Shown: positions 17,703 through 26,999 of the stretch, one piece after another
How positions within the stretch are numbered: position 1 is the first letter of the stretch
How the letters are laid out: each line of letters opens with the position of its first letter
Origin: an uncultured bacterium
Lineage (GTDB): Bacteria; Fidelibacterota; Marinisomatia; Marinisomatales; JACNKV01
Direction: 5' to 3'
Length of the DNA stretch: 64,000 nt
NCBI GenBank assembly: GCA_964388155.1
Contig: CAYLYH010000003.1
Location: forward strand, 24,268 to 88,267
Notes under the pieces: generated by a model
What the model saw: only the letters and a program-made list of their open reading frames with translations
Told to the model about the DNA's origin: nothing
The model's database searches: none
Translations under genes and position numbers: made by a program

Positions 17703-17719
17703 CTCTGTGGCTTTGTGGC
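17703..17719. repeat. Inverted repeat arm CTCTGTGGCTTTGTGGC (right flank of the GxxExxY gene)
   Basis: Its reverse complement, GCCACAAAGCCACAGAG, matches 17194-17210. Confidence 0.6.
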
Positions 17720-17724
17720 TAATG

Positions 17725-18459
17725 TTATAAACCGCATAGATATATTTGCAGGTTGCTTTCTTCTGACAGTGGAGTGCCTTCATAATCCCCTAATTTATCA
17801 AAGATGGTCAATCCGGCATCGGAAATGAGTCTGTCCATCGTATCGGGATAAAACATCCGTAAATCAAAATGATAAGGATTGGGGGCTTGTTTTTCGTCTC
17901 TGAACAAGTGCCAAGTCAAATGGTTTATTTCCGTTTCTTCATCATAGTGTGTTATCTCTTTGATTGCGCAGATTTGACCGTCGTATTCGAATTTCTCAAG
18001 CACCGGATACAGCTTATTTGTTTTTCGATACAAAAACGACGGGTCGGGAATAAATACGGAGACCAAAAACCGTCCACCGGGGATGAGATGCCGTTTCACA
18101 CTCTTTAGACAAGATAGTGCCTCTTCATCGGTATAGTTATGGAGGAATGAATTAAACCCGATAAAAATGAATCGAAATTTCTGATCAATCATGAACGACC
18201 GCATATCACCTTGTAGAATTTTTCCGTTAGAATATGGTAATAGTTTTTCATTCCCGGTTTTTACAAATTCTGCACTCAGTTCCAGTCCGGTATAGTCCAA
18301 CCCAACCTCAACAAGTGGCAATCCCAATCGCCCAGTTCCGGCTGCAAGTTCTAAAACCGGACCGCCGATCTTGCTTGCCCAATTATAAATGAAATCCACA
18401 TCGGCACAGTATTGCCGGTGGATGGCATCATAAAGATTCGGGTTCGTGTAAATATCCAT
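17725..18459 (-). CDS. Class I SAM-dependent methyltransferase
   Basis: VLELAAGTGRLGLPL glycine-rich SAM motif. Confidence 0.75.
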   Translation of the reverse strand: MDIYTNPNLYDAIHRQYCADVDFIYNWASKIGGPVLELAAGTGRLGLPLVEVGLDYTGLELSAEFVKTGNEKLLPYSNGKILQGDMRSFMIDQKFRFIFIGFNSFLHNYTDEEALSCLKSVKRHLIPGGRFLVSVFIPDPSFLYRKTNKLYPVLEKFEYDGQICAIKEITHYDEETEINHLTWHLFRDEKQAPNPYHFDLRMFYPDTMDRLISDAGLTIFDKLGDYEGTPLSEESNLQIYLCGL

Positions 18460-18592
18460 TCTGTTACGTTGAATTACGACGGAGAAATTACAGAAAAAAG
18501 CAGGTAGGGTTTTACGGAATGTTTACCCTGCTCTAAAGTTTGGCCATTCATACAGAATGCCGGTAGTAAATCCACTCAAAAAACACTCACAG

Positions 18593-18632
18593 TAAACTGA
18601 CGGCGTCAGTTTAACGCCGATATGGTCGGCGT
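18593..18632 (-). terminator. Two tandem perfect hairpins directly after the aminopeptidase stop (terminator or REP-like)
   Basis: TAAACTGAC-ggc-GTCAGTTTA and ACGCCGA-tatgg-TCGGCGT. No clear U-run. Confidence 0.3.
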
Positions 18633-18647
18633 ACTCAAAAACCAAAA

Positions 18648-19727
18648 CTACAATTCTACCAATTCTTTCGTGGTCTTATTCAAAATTTCACAACCGTCTT
18701 TTTGGATAATCACATCATCTTCTATCCGCACACCGCCCCAGCCGGGGAGGTATATCCCAGGTTCAATCGTTACAACGTAATTCTCTTTTAACACATCCTT
18801 GCTCATTTTACTCAGGCGCGGCATTGTGTGTATCTCCAACCCAAGTCCGTGCCCTGTAGAATGTGAGTATGCTTCACCATATCCGGCAACCTCAATGACA
18901 TCCCGAGTGAGGGCGTCAGCATCTTTGCAGGACATTCCTGCTTTTACTCCGTCAACACCGGCTTGCTGTGCCTGTTTCACAATTTCGTATATCTCTTTGT
19001 GTTTATCCGTTGCCGGACCGATCAGCGGGGTACGAGTCATGTCGGCATGATACCCGGCATATTTGGCGGCCGCATCAATAACGATAAAATCCCCGGACTG
19101 GAATTCGCGCTCACCGGGTACTGCATGCGGCAACGCACTGTTTGGACCTGAGGCCACGATGGATGAATACGCTTCACCATCACCATATTTTCTGTACCGC
19201 ATGGCAAATTCGTTCGCGATAAATTTCTCCGTTACACCCGGACGCATCAACGGCAATACTTCTTCATAAACATTATCTGTAATTTCAACCGCAGTTCGTA
19301 TGGCGTTTAATTCCGTTTCATCTTTTACAGCTGCAATTTTCTCGACAATTCTTGAAGAGCTTTCCCAGCGCACACTCGGGAACAGTGTTTTCATCCTTTG
19401 GAAAAGATTTACGCTGACAAAATCTCCTTCAAAGGCTAGTTTAACATCTTTGGGAATTAACGTGTTTTTTTGTATACTTTTTAAATGGGAAACACTGTCG
19501 ATATACCGATTAAACCCCTTTACTTCTCTTTGAGATTGTTCGATATACCGTCCGTCAGTAAAAAAGGCATGAGTATCTCCAAGGATGAGACACGACCCGG
19601 CCGAACCGGTAAACCCGCTGATGTAGCGAACGTTTGTAAGGTTGGTAATAAACATACCGTCTAATCCCGCTGATGCCAATTCGGTTTTTAATGTGTTTAA
19701 ACGGCGTGAAAATATTTTATCACTCAT
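18648..19727 (-). CDS. pepP: M24 family Xaa-Pro aminopeptidase
   Basis: HSTGHGLGLEIHTMP and TIEPGIY...GGVRIEDDV metal-ligand motifs. Creatinase-like N-domain. Confidence 0.85.
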   Translation of the reverse strand: MSDKIFSRRLNTLKTELASAGLDGMFITNLTNVRYISGFTGSAGSCLILGDTHAFFTDGRYIEQSQREVKGFNRYIDSVSHLKSIQKNTLIPKDVKLAFEGDFVSVNLFQRMKTLFPSVRWESSSRIVEKIAAVKDETELNAIRTAVEITDNVYEEVLPLMRPGVTEKFIANEFAMRYRKYGDGEAYSSIVASGPNSALPHAVPGEREFQSGDFIVIDAAAKYAGYHADMTRTPLIGPATDKHKEIYEIVKQAQQAGVDGVKAGMSCKDADALTRDVIEVAGYGEAYSHSTGHGLGLEIHTMPRLSKMSKDVLKENYVVTIEPGIYLPGWGGVRIEDDVIIQKDGCEILNKTTKELVEL

Positions 19728-19823
19728 AGTTTCTCCTGTGGATAAGTCTTTTGGTTACAAATAAAAATTGAGTTTATCTTACGGTAATTAGTGTATTTCT
19801 TATGAAAAAAGGGGAGACAAGTC

Positions 19824-20582
19824 TCATGGGATGTGAATTTTAATTTGTTCTTCAAGGTATTGCTTTTCTTTTGCTAAGCGTTCCGGGTCTCCGCCTTTTT
19901 CTTCCAACACAGATAATACTTCTAACGCCTGATGAAACAATCCTTGGTTTTTCAAGACAGAGACTAGAGTAAATGTTGCTAATTTTGGGCTGATCGACAT
20001 CGGCTCTAAATGTTCATCAATAGACGGTGTTTCTGATACTTTTTTCTTTTTTCCCTTAGCCCCTGCCCGTTCTCTGCCCGTTCCCTGCCCGTTCCCTGCC
20101 CGTTCCCTGCCCGTTCCCTGCCCGTTCCGCAGGCGGGCGCAGGCGGGCGCAAGTGGGTCAGTCTTAACCTCAACCTCATTCTGTCCGATTAGTATTTCTA
20201 AGGTTTTCTTGGCTTGCCTGTGATTCGCGTCAATTTTTAACACAGCTTCCCAGCTTTTTCGGATGGTGTTTTTTGCTCGACCTAACGCTTCCTGTACCTG
20301 TGCTAACAGCACAGTCCCCTGAAGGTGAATCACTCCGCTTTTTTGTATTTTCTTCAGAGCGCGCTCCGCTTCAGTAATTTGTCCTTCTGCTAACGATGCG
20401 TTTGCAAAAACAAATAGCCCATCCACTTGGTTTGGGTGGTGTTTAAGTCCTATTTCACACACCTTCCTTGCGCGGGAGTGGTCTTCTTCAGTGAAATAAA
20501 TGTCGGCTAATACCGGAAACAAAATTGTATCCAGGTGATCCGCAAAATACAATTCTAGTTCAGCTTTGTTGTGAATGTCCAT
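19824..20582 (-). CDS. TPR-like repeat protein carrying an in-frame GC-rich repeat insertion
   Basis: Helical-repeat N-terminal half. The segment APACARLRNGQGTGRERAGNGQGTGRERAGAKGKKKK is encoded by the repeat at 20053-20177. Confidence 0.6.
   Translation of the reverse strand: MDIHNKAELELYFADHLDTILFPVLADIYFTEEDHSRARKVCEIGLKHHPNQVDGLFVFANASLAEGQITEAERALKKIQKSGVIHLQGTVLLAQVQEALGRAKNTIRKSWEAVLKIDANHRQAKKTLEILIGQNEVEVKTDPLAPACARLRNGQGTGRERAGNGQGTGRERAGAKGKKKKVSETPSIDEHLEPMSISPKLATFTLVSVLKNQGLFHQALEVLSVLEEKGGDPERLAKEKQYLEEQIKIHIP
20053..20177 (-). repeat. GC-rich composite repeat in frame in the TPR gene, including 6 x 11-nt tandem units
   Basis: Plus strand: 6 x CTGCCCGTTCY (20063-20128), 2 x GCAGGCGGGC (20129-20148), ...TTAACCTCAACCTC. 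The reverse complement is colinear with 576-660. Confidence 0.8.
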
Positions 20583-20585
20583 TTT

Positions 20586-20990
20586 TTATTCGCGGTGATC
20601 TTTCACCCAATTTTGAATGTAGTCGATGGTTTCTTGCACCGGTGTCCCGGGCCCAAACAGTTTTCCGACACCAAGTTTTTGGAGGTCTTTCATGTCTTTG
20701 TCCGGAATAATCCCGCCGCCGGTAAGTAGAATATCATCTAATTCATGTTCTTTCATTAGTTTTATGACGTGCGAAAATATTGTATTATGTGCCCCGGATA
20801 AAATGGAAAGCGCAATAACGTCCACATCTTCTTGCAAGGCAGCGGAAACAATCATTTCCGGTGTTTGGCGTAACCCAAGATAAATTACTTCCATGCCCGC
20901 ATCACGATAAGCCGCCGCCAAAACTTTAATTCCCCGGTCATGTCCGTCCAGCCCGGGTTTTGCCATCAAAATTCGTATCTTTCTATTCAT
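20586..20990 (-). CDS. Cobalamin-binding domain protein (methylmalonyl-CoA mutase C-terminal domain type)
   Basis: [11 protein letters not shown] (DxHxxG B12 motif) and the SILSGAH and GGGIIP blocks. Confidence 0.85.
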   Translation of the reverse strand: MNRKIRILMAKPGLDGHDRGIKVLAAAYRDAGMEVIYLGLRQTPEMIVSAALQEDVDVIALSILSGAHNTIFSHVIKLMKEHELDDILLTGGGIIPDKDMKDLQKLGVGKLFGPGTPVQETIDYIQNWVKDHRE

Positions 20991-21095
20991 AAGTCTATCC
21001 TTTAAAATACTCGGTGAAAAATTACAACGAATGCCCGTAGAAAAATAGTGTGGATTTGTGTTGATTAAGACTATGTTAAGGCTTAGGATAATCTG

Positions 21096-21545
21096 TCATT
21101 TCCTTTTTTTACTATCCAACACAAAAGTCACCGGACCATCATTGACAAGATGAACCTTCATTACCGCTCCAAATTTTCCGGTTTTAACGTGGATATTATT
21201 TTCTCGTAATTTATGAATAAAATCAAGATAGAGGGCGTTGCCTTTCTGAGGAGAGGCGGCTCGAATAAAACTCGGGCGCCTGCCCTTGAGCCAATCTCCG
21301 CAAAGTGTAAATTGGCTTATAACGAGAATTTCTCCGGAAACATCTTTTATCGACAAATTCATTTTCCTCTTATCGTCGTTAAATATTCGGAATCCTGAAA
21401 TTTTTTCAGCTAAAATACTGCTGTCTTTTTCGTCGTCAACGTCAATCACACCCAATAGAATAACGAGACCGTGCCCGATTTCACTTATTTGCTCACCGTT
21501 GATACGGACACTTCCTTCTGTTACTCGTTGTAAAACTGCAATCAT
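21096..21545 (-). CDS. dtd: D-aminoacyl-tRNA deacylase
   Basis: MIAVLQRV..., SQFTL, NDGPVTF; about 149 aa. Confidence 0.9.
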   Translation of the reverse strand: MIAVLQRVTEGSVRINGEQISEIGHGLVILLGVIDVDDEKDSSILAEKISGFRIFNDDKRKMNLSIKDVSGEILVISQFTLCGDWLKGRRPSFIRAASPQKGNALYLDFIHKLRENNIHVKTGKFGAVMKVHLVNDGPVTFVLDSKKRK

Positions 21546-21705
21546 AGCGTTAGGGGTTGTTCGTTAGGGGTTAGGGGTCCGCCCGAGGCGGATAAATGTT
21601 TGGTGCTTAAATTTGTTTTGTTTTTCTAATCAAATTAGTTGTAATCTACTAATCTTTTATGTCTCCCAGTCTGCATTCTTTGTCGGGCGGGGAGGCTGTC
21701 TCCTT

Positions 21706-24700
21706 CTATTGTCCGCTTCCGTCAACCCAAACATTTTTCTTTCCAAAAATATTTCGAATCTCAGCGAAAAATTCTTTATCTGAAGTGACACGCACATTAT
21801 GTGCCAGTACACGCTGACCTTTTCCTCCGTTTGGGATATGGAACACAATACTACACTCGCCTTTGTGTTTTTCAGCAATTGAAAAAAGTTGGTTAATTTC
21901 TTTCTCTGTGGTCTGAGTATTGTGCAGTCGAATATTAATTCTCTTTGAAAAATAAGTTCTGGCATTTTTTAACAACACAACTTCTTCCGCAATAAGTTTC
22001 AAATCGCTAAAATCCGTGCTGTCGGTTGGCTTTCCCGTCACAAAGATAATTTGGTCTTTCTCAATCAAGGATTTATACTTTGCAAACGTATCGCTGAACG
22101 CCAGTATTTCAACCTGTCCACCAAGGCAATCCAACTTAAAAAAGGCCATTTGTTTTTTCTTGCGGTCAAAGTGATACCGGAGTTCACTGATCATCCCCCC
22201 AATCCTGACATTTTCTTCTTTGCTGACTTTTAATTTTTCCGAAAAATCATAATTACTGAATTCTTCAAGGTCGTCAGCATATTTCAACAAAGGGTGACCT
22301 GACACGTAAATACCCAGAACTTCTTTTTCTTTATCTAGTGATTCTTGTTCATCCCATGGGTTTGCATTTGGCAGTGTTGGTGTTTTTATGAGTTCATGAT
22401 CGTGAGCGCTTTGTCCAAAAATATCCACTTGGTTTGTGTTTGATCCGTTTTGAATTTGCTGCCCGTATTTTATTGCATCATCAATGGATGCAAATTTTTC
22501 TGCTCGTGTTCCTTCCAGTGAGTCCATTGCCCCCGCTTTCACAAAGCTTTCAAGAACTTTCTTATTGACGGTACGTTGATCTACTCTCGAACACACTTCA
22601 AATATGGTATTGAATCTCCCGTCTTTTTCTCTGTTTTCTATGATTTTTTCAAGTGCTTTTGTTCCGATATTTTTAATGGCATTTAAACCGTAAGAAATTA
22701 CCCGGTCATTAATCGGATGAAATTGTACATTCGACACATTTATGTCCGGAGGATTCACTTCAATCTTCATTTTTCGACATTCGTTAATCAAAATCACAAC
22801 GCGGTCGATGTTTGTCATTTCACTTGTGAGATTCGCGGACATAAATTCAGCTGGATAATGTGTTTTTAGCCAAGCGGTTTGATAGGCAACATAGGCATAA
22901 GCGGTGGAGTGGCTTTTGTTAAATCCATATTGTGCAAATTTATCGATTAAAGCAAAAATGTCTTTTGCTTTTTTTTCCTTAATTCCCCTTTTTACAGCTC
23001 CTTTAATAAATTTAACAGAAATTTCATCCATGAGCGTTTTAATCTTTTTCCCCATCGCTCGTCGCATAAGGTCAGCTTCTGCAAGTGAAAATCCTGCTAT
23101 TTTGTTCGCAATTTGCATCACTTGCTCTTGATAAACAATAATACCGTACGTTTCTTGTAAAATTAATTTTAAATCCTTGTGAATATATTCAATCGCTTTT
23201 TTTCCGTTTTTCCTTGCAATAAATTTGTCAATGTTCTGCATAGGGCCCGGACGGTAAAGGGCGTTCATTGCAATCAGATCTTCGATTACCGTCGGGTTTA
23301 ATTTTTTTAAAAATTCACGCATACCTGACGATTCAAACTGGAAAACACCAATCGTCTGTCCTTTTGCAAACAATTTATAGACGACCGAATCATCCATGGT
23401 TAATTCATCAATATTTACATTTATTCCACGATCCTTAAGAAGTCTAACAGCTTTGTCAATGACAGTGAGGTTCCGTAGCCCTAAAAAGTCCATCTTAAGA
23501 AGCCCAAGTTCTTCCAACCCCTTCATATCGTATTGGCTGGTTCCGTCTCCCTGCTGAGATCGATAGAGTGGTACATAATTCGTCAAGTGCCCGGGCGCAA
23601 TCACGACGCCGGCGGCATGAATGGAGGAATGTCGATTCATGCCCTCAAGGACTAAAGCATGCTCAATGAGTTCTTTATAGTCGCCATCCGCCATCTTTTT
23701 CAAGTCGGGATTTCGTTTCAGAGCATCTTTTAAGGTGATGTTTAACTCAGTTGGGACGGCTTTTGCAATTTTATCCACATCGCCGAAAGAATAACCCATA
23801 ACACGTCCAACATCCCGAACAACTTGCTTGGCTTTCATTTTTCCAAACGTAATAATTTGTGTGACGGATCCTTCACCATATTGTTCTTTAATATAATCAA
23901 TAACTTCACCTCTTCGCTCGATACAAAAATCGATGTCAATATCCGGCATACTAATTCGTTCAGGATTTAAAAACCGCTCAAACAAAAGATTGTATTTTAA
24001 CGGATCAATGTTTGTGATTCGAAGGGCGTAAGACACAATACTCCCTGCAGCAGACCCCCTGCCCGGGCCAACGGGAATATACTTGTCTTTTGCGTACCGG
24101 ATAAAATCTTCTGTAATAAGAAAATATCCTGCGAATCCCATCTTGCGTATTACATCAAGTTCATGATCCAGCCTGTCATTAATTTCAGGTGTTATTGTTT
24201 CATATCTGGTCCGGAGACCTTTTTCACACAAATCCCGTAAATACGCATCGGGGTCTTTGGTTTGAGATTCCACCGGTATATTATATTTCGGCAAATGATA
24301 TTCTCCCATAGAAATCTCAAAATCGATACTATCAGAAATACGTCGTGTGTTTTCAATGGCTTCCGGCGCATCTTTAAACAGCGTCTGCATTTCTTCTTGG
24401 GTTTTTAAATAAAACTCTGATGTAGAATATCTCAGGCGATTTGGATCATCCCGGTCTTTTCCGGTTCCAAGGCAAATAAGAATATCATGAGCCTCCGAAT
24501 GTTCTTTTTTTGCGTAGTGAGTGTCATTGCTGGCGACAAGAGGTAGCCCGGTTTCTTTCGCCAAGATTATCATCCGTTCAATATTTGTTTTCTCTTCCGG
24601 AATTCCATGGTCTTGTATTTCAAGATAATACCGATTAGGAAATATCTCCGCATACTCACGTGCTACGGCTTTGGCTCCCTCAAAATCATTTTGAAGAAGT

Positions 24701-25155
24701 TTTTGCGGAACCTCTCCCTTGAGACAGGCTGACATACAGATTAAACCTTCAGAATGATTTCGGAGCAGGTCTTTATCCACCCTGGGGCGATAATAAAACC
24801 CCTCTAAATAGCCATAGGTCACCAATTTCATTAAGTTATTGTATCCGGTTTCATTTTGAGCCAATAAGACCAGATGGTTATTTCCCCATCCACCTTCGGC
24901 TCGGGGTTTTTTATCAAAGCGACTGTTGACAGCGACATAGACTTCACATCCGATAATGGGTTTGATTCCCGCTTTTTTTGCTGCTTTGTAAAAAGGAAGA
25001 ACGCTGAACATGTTTCCGTGCTCCGTCAACGCAACAGCATCCATGCCCAAATCAACGACAGTCTGTACTAAAACATTGACAGTCTGAGCGCCATCCAGCA
25101 GACTGTAATCTGAATGATTATGCAGATGAACAAATTTTGCGGGTTTTTTTGACAT
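21706..25155 (-). CDS. dnaE: DNA polymerase III alpha subunit
   Basis: PHP domain FVHLHNHSDYSLLDG, polymerase core, HhH and OB fold; 1149 aa. Confidence 0.97.
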   Translation of the reverse strand: MSKKPAKFVHLHNHSDYSLLDGAQTVNVLVQTVVDLGMDAVALTEHGNMFSVLPFYKAAKKAGIKPIIGCEVYVAVNSRFDKKPRAEGGWGNNHLVLLAQNETGYNNLMKLVTYGYLEGFYYRPRVDKDLLRNHSEGLICMSACLKGEVPQKLLQNDFEGAKAVAREYAEIFPNRYYLEIQDHGIPEEKTNIERMIILAKETGLPLVASNDTHYAKKEHSEAHDILICLGTGKDRDDPNRLRYSTSEFYLKTQEEMQTLFKDAPEAIENTRRISDSIDFEISMGEYHLPKYNIPVESQTKDPDAYLRDLCEKGLRTRYETITPEINDRLDHELDVIRKMGFAGYFLITEDFIRYAKDKYIPVGPGRGSAAGSIVSYALRITNIDPLKYNLLFERFLNPERISMPDIDIDFCIERRGEVIDYIKEQYGEGSVTQIITFGKMKAKQVVRDVGRVMGYSFGDVDKIAKAVPTELNITLKDALKRNPDLKKMADGDYKELIEHALVLEGMNRHSSIHAAGVVIAPGHLTNYVPLYRSQQGDGTSQYDMKGLEELGLLKMDFLGLRNLTVIDKAVRLLKDRGINVNIDELTMDDSVVYKLFAKGQTIGVFQFESSGMREFLKKLNPTVIEDLIAMNALYRPGPMQNIDKFIARKNGKKAIEYIHKDLKLILQETYGIIVYQEQVMQIANKIAGFSLAEADLMRRAMGKKIKTLMDEISVKFIKGAVKRGIKEKKAKDIFALIDKFAQYGFNKSHSTAYAYVAYQTAWLKTHYPAEFMSANLTSEMTNIDRVVILINECRKMKIEVNPPDINVSNVQFHPINDRVISYGLNAIKNIGTKALEKIIENREKDGRFNTIFEVCSRVDQRTVNKKVLESFVKAGAMDSLEGTRAEKFASIDDAIKYGQQIQNGSNTNQVDIFGQSAHDHELIKTPTLPNANPWDEQESLDKEKEVLGIYVSGHPLLKYADDLEEFSNYDFSEKLKVSKEENVRIGGMISELRYHFDRKKKQMAFFKLDCLGGQVEILAFSDTFAKYKSLIEKDQIIFVTGKPTDSTDFSDLKLIAEEVVLLKNARTYFSKRINIRLHNTQTTEKEINQLFSIAEKHKGECSIVFHIPNGGKGQRVLAHNVRVTSDKEFFAEIRNIFGKKNVWVDGSGQ

Positions 25156-25290
25156 GGGTTAAATGAGTATTTTTCGCATGAAAATGATGAATAATATTAC
25201 ACAAGAGTCACCAGATTGGTAACAACGAAATTGGGTTTTATTGGTGGTTTTTAAAACTATTTTCGACGTTAAAAAACTAATTATAATTTT

Positions 25291-26124
25291 TTAACCAAGG
25301 TATATTGCCAATACACCGGCAATGGTGCTTAACTTCAATAGTTTCGTCGCAATCCCCGCATATCGATCAGAAGAGTCTTTAATAAACAATACTGTAATTA
25401 TAACTAAAGGAATTTCCACACCTGCAATCACCGCAAGAAGATATAAACGGCCATATATTCCGAGCCACCACGGGTATAAGATACCAATCGCAATAAGAAA
25501 GGAAAGCCCAATCACCAATTTCTCTGCATTTTCTAAACCAAAAATGACGGGATATGTATTTAATCCGCTACGCGTATCTCCATCAATATCCTCAATATCT
25601 TTTACTAGTTCTCTTAAAAGCGTCAACCCAAACGCCAACATGGCGGGAATAATCATTGGTTGCATATTTCCAAATGCTGCTCCGGAAAAAAGAAAGGTTA
25701 ATCCTAAAATATACGCAATTACCGCATTTCCGACCAGTGGCAGCTTCTTCAATTTAATGTTATATATAATCATAAGCGGTAATGTAACCACTATCGCAAG
25801 GACTGTTGCTTGCACTGGGAGAAAGAGGGCTGTAACTGATCCAGAAACACTCAATAGAACAGATAAAATCAATGCGGTTTTTCTCTGAACAAGATCGGTG
25901 CTTAGCGGACGATTTGGGTGGTTAATGCGATCGGCGTCAACATCAAGATAGTCATTCAATGCATTTGCCGCTGCGTTATACAGCACCACGGTCATAACCG
26001 CAAATAACAGTTCTGCTCTTTGGTGCAGTTCGTTCAAAATCGCACCGCTAACCCAAACTGCAAACGCCCCGGTGAGTAAATTTATCGGACGTAAAAGACG
26101 GATATGTGCAAAAAACTTTTTCAC
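25291..26124 (-). CDS. UbiA superfamily prenyltransferase (DGGGPS/chlorophyll-synthase-like subgroup by motif)
   Basis: NALNDYLDVDADRINHPNRPL first Asp-rich motif, second motif DIEDIDGD, about 8 TM. The start overlaps the prmC stop by 4 nt. Confidence 0.8.
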   Translation of the reverse strand: MKKFFAHIRLLRPINLLTGAFAVWVSGAILNELHQRAELLFAVMTVVLYNAAANALNDYLDVDADRINHPNRPLSTDLVQRKTALILSVLLSVSGSVTALFLPVQATVLAIVVTLPLMIIYNIKLKKLPLVGNAVIAYILGLTFLFSGAAFGNMQPMIIPAMLAFGLTLLRELVKDIEDIDGDTRSGLNTYPVIFGLENAEKLVIGLSFLIAIGILYPWWLGIYGRLYLLAVIAGVEIPLVIITVLFIKDSSDRYAGIATKLLKLSTIAGVLAIYLG

Positions 26125-26999
26125 GGGACTCTCACCTTTATAACGCGCGGATCGCCGTTGTAGTCTTTGATAAGTGTTGTGTCTGTATAGTCTTTTTTCT
26201 TAAAGATTTTCATGACAGACTTTGGATGATCCCCCAATCCTACTTCCATCAAAATCCATCCTCCTGATTTACATAAACGCGAGCCAATTTTTGCCAGACG
26301 ATGGTAAAACGTAAGCCCGTCTGCATCATCCGTCAATGCGATTTCCGGTTCAAAGTTACGAACATTTTCCATGACATTTTTTATTTCATCCGCCGGAATG
26401 TACGGTGGATTTGACACAATCAAATCTACTTTTTCCATTCGAACATCTTTCAAAATATCCATCTGAATAAATTGAACATTAGCGATTTCGAGTTTGTTTG
26501 CATTTTTTTTTGCCAGACAAACAACATCTTTAGAAATATCTATCCCTGTGACGGTTGACGTTGGCTTCTCTTTCGCAATCGCAAGGGCAACACATCCTGA
26601 TCCTGTGCCAATATCCAAAATCTCTGGATCTTCGGTTGACGTAAGCACATCAAGCGCAACATCAACCAACCTCTCTGTTTCCGGGCGGGGGATAAGCACC
26701 GATGAGTTAACCATAAGAGGAAGTCCGTAAAATTCCGCCGTACCCGTAATATATTGAAGAGGCTCTCTTTTTACGCGTCGCTGAACCCAACCGCGCAGGA
26801 TTATTAGTTTTTGTTTTTCAATCGGTTCTTCAAACCGCATATATAAATCAATCCGACGGCACTTCAATAATTCTCGAAGCAGCCACTCAATTTCGTTACG
26901 TGGTTTCTCAAACCCGCGGGATGAAAAGTACTTCTCTGCCCAGTGGATTAAATCAATGACCCGCCAGATTTTCCGGGTCGCTGGGGACGCTGACCGCAT
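26121..26999 (-). CDS. prmC: Release factor glutamine N5-methyltransferase
   Basis: ILDIGTGSGC SAM motif and the VSNPPYI catalytic NPPY. Adjacent to prfA. Confidence 0.9.
   Translation of the reverse strand: MRSASPATRKIWRVIDLIHWAEKYFSSRGFEKPRNEIEWLLRELLKCRRIDLYMRFEEPIEKQKLIILRGWVQRRVKREPLQYITGTAEFYGLPLMVNSSVLIPRPETERLVDVALDVLTSTEDPEILDIGTGSGCVALAIAKEKPTSTVTGIDISKDVVCLAKKNANKLEIANVQFIQMDILKDVRMEKVDLIVSNPPYIPADEIKNVMENVRNFEPEIALTDDADGLTFYHRLAKIGSRLCKSGGWILMEVGLGDHPKSVMKIFKKKDYTDTTLIKDYNGDPRVIKVRVP

Noticed and set aside
20063-20128. A regular short tandem array that could be mistaken for a CRISPR-like repeat.
   Set aside because: The units are 11 nt, directly abutting with no spacers, and lie inside a CDS. 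There are no cas genes in the window.
21549-21592. Three GTTAGGGG units (telomere-like TTAGGGG) plus a GC hairpin between dnaE and dtd.
   Set aside because: Three short, imperfectly spaced copies in an intergenic spacer. There is no evidence of a linear end or a larger array. The hairpin is probably the dnaE terminator or a REP.
21657-21965. Listed 102-aa ORF overlapping the dnaE 3' end.
   Set aside because: It lies in a different frame across the end of a high-confidence gene and has no recognisable features.
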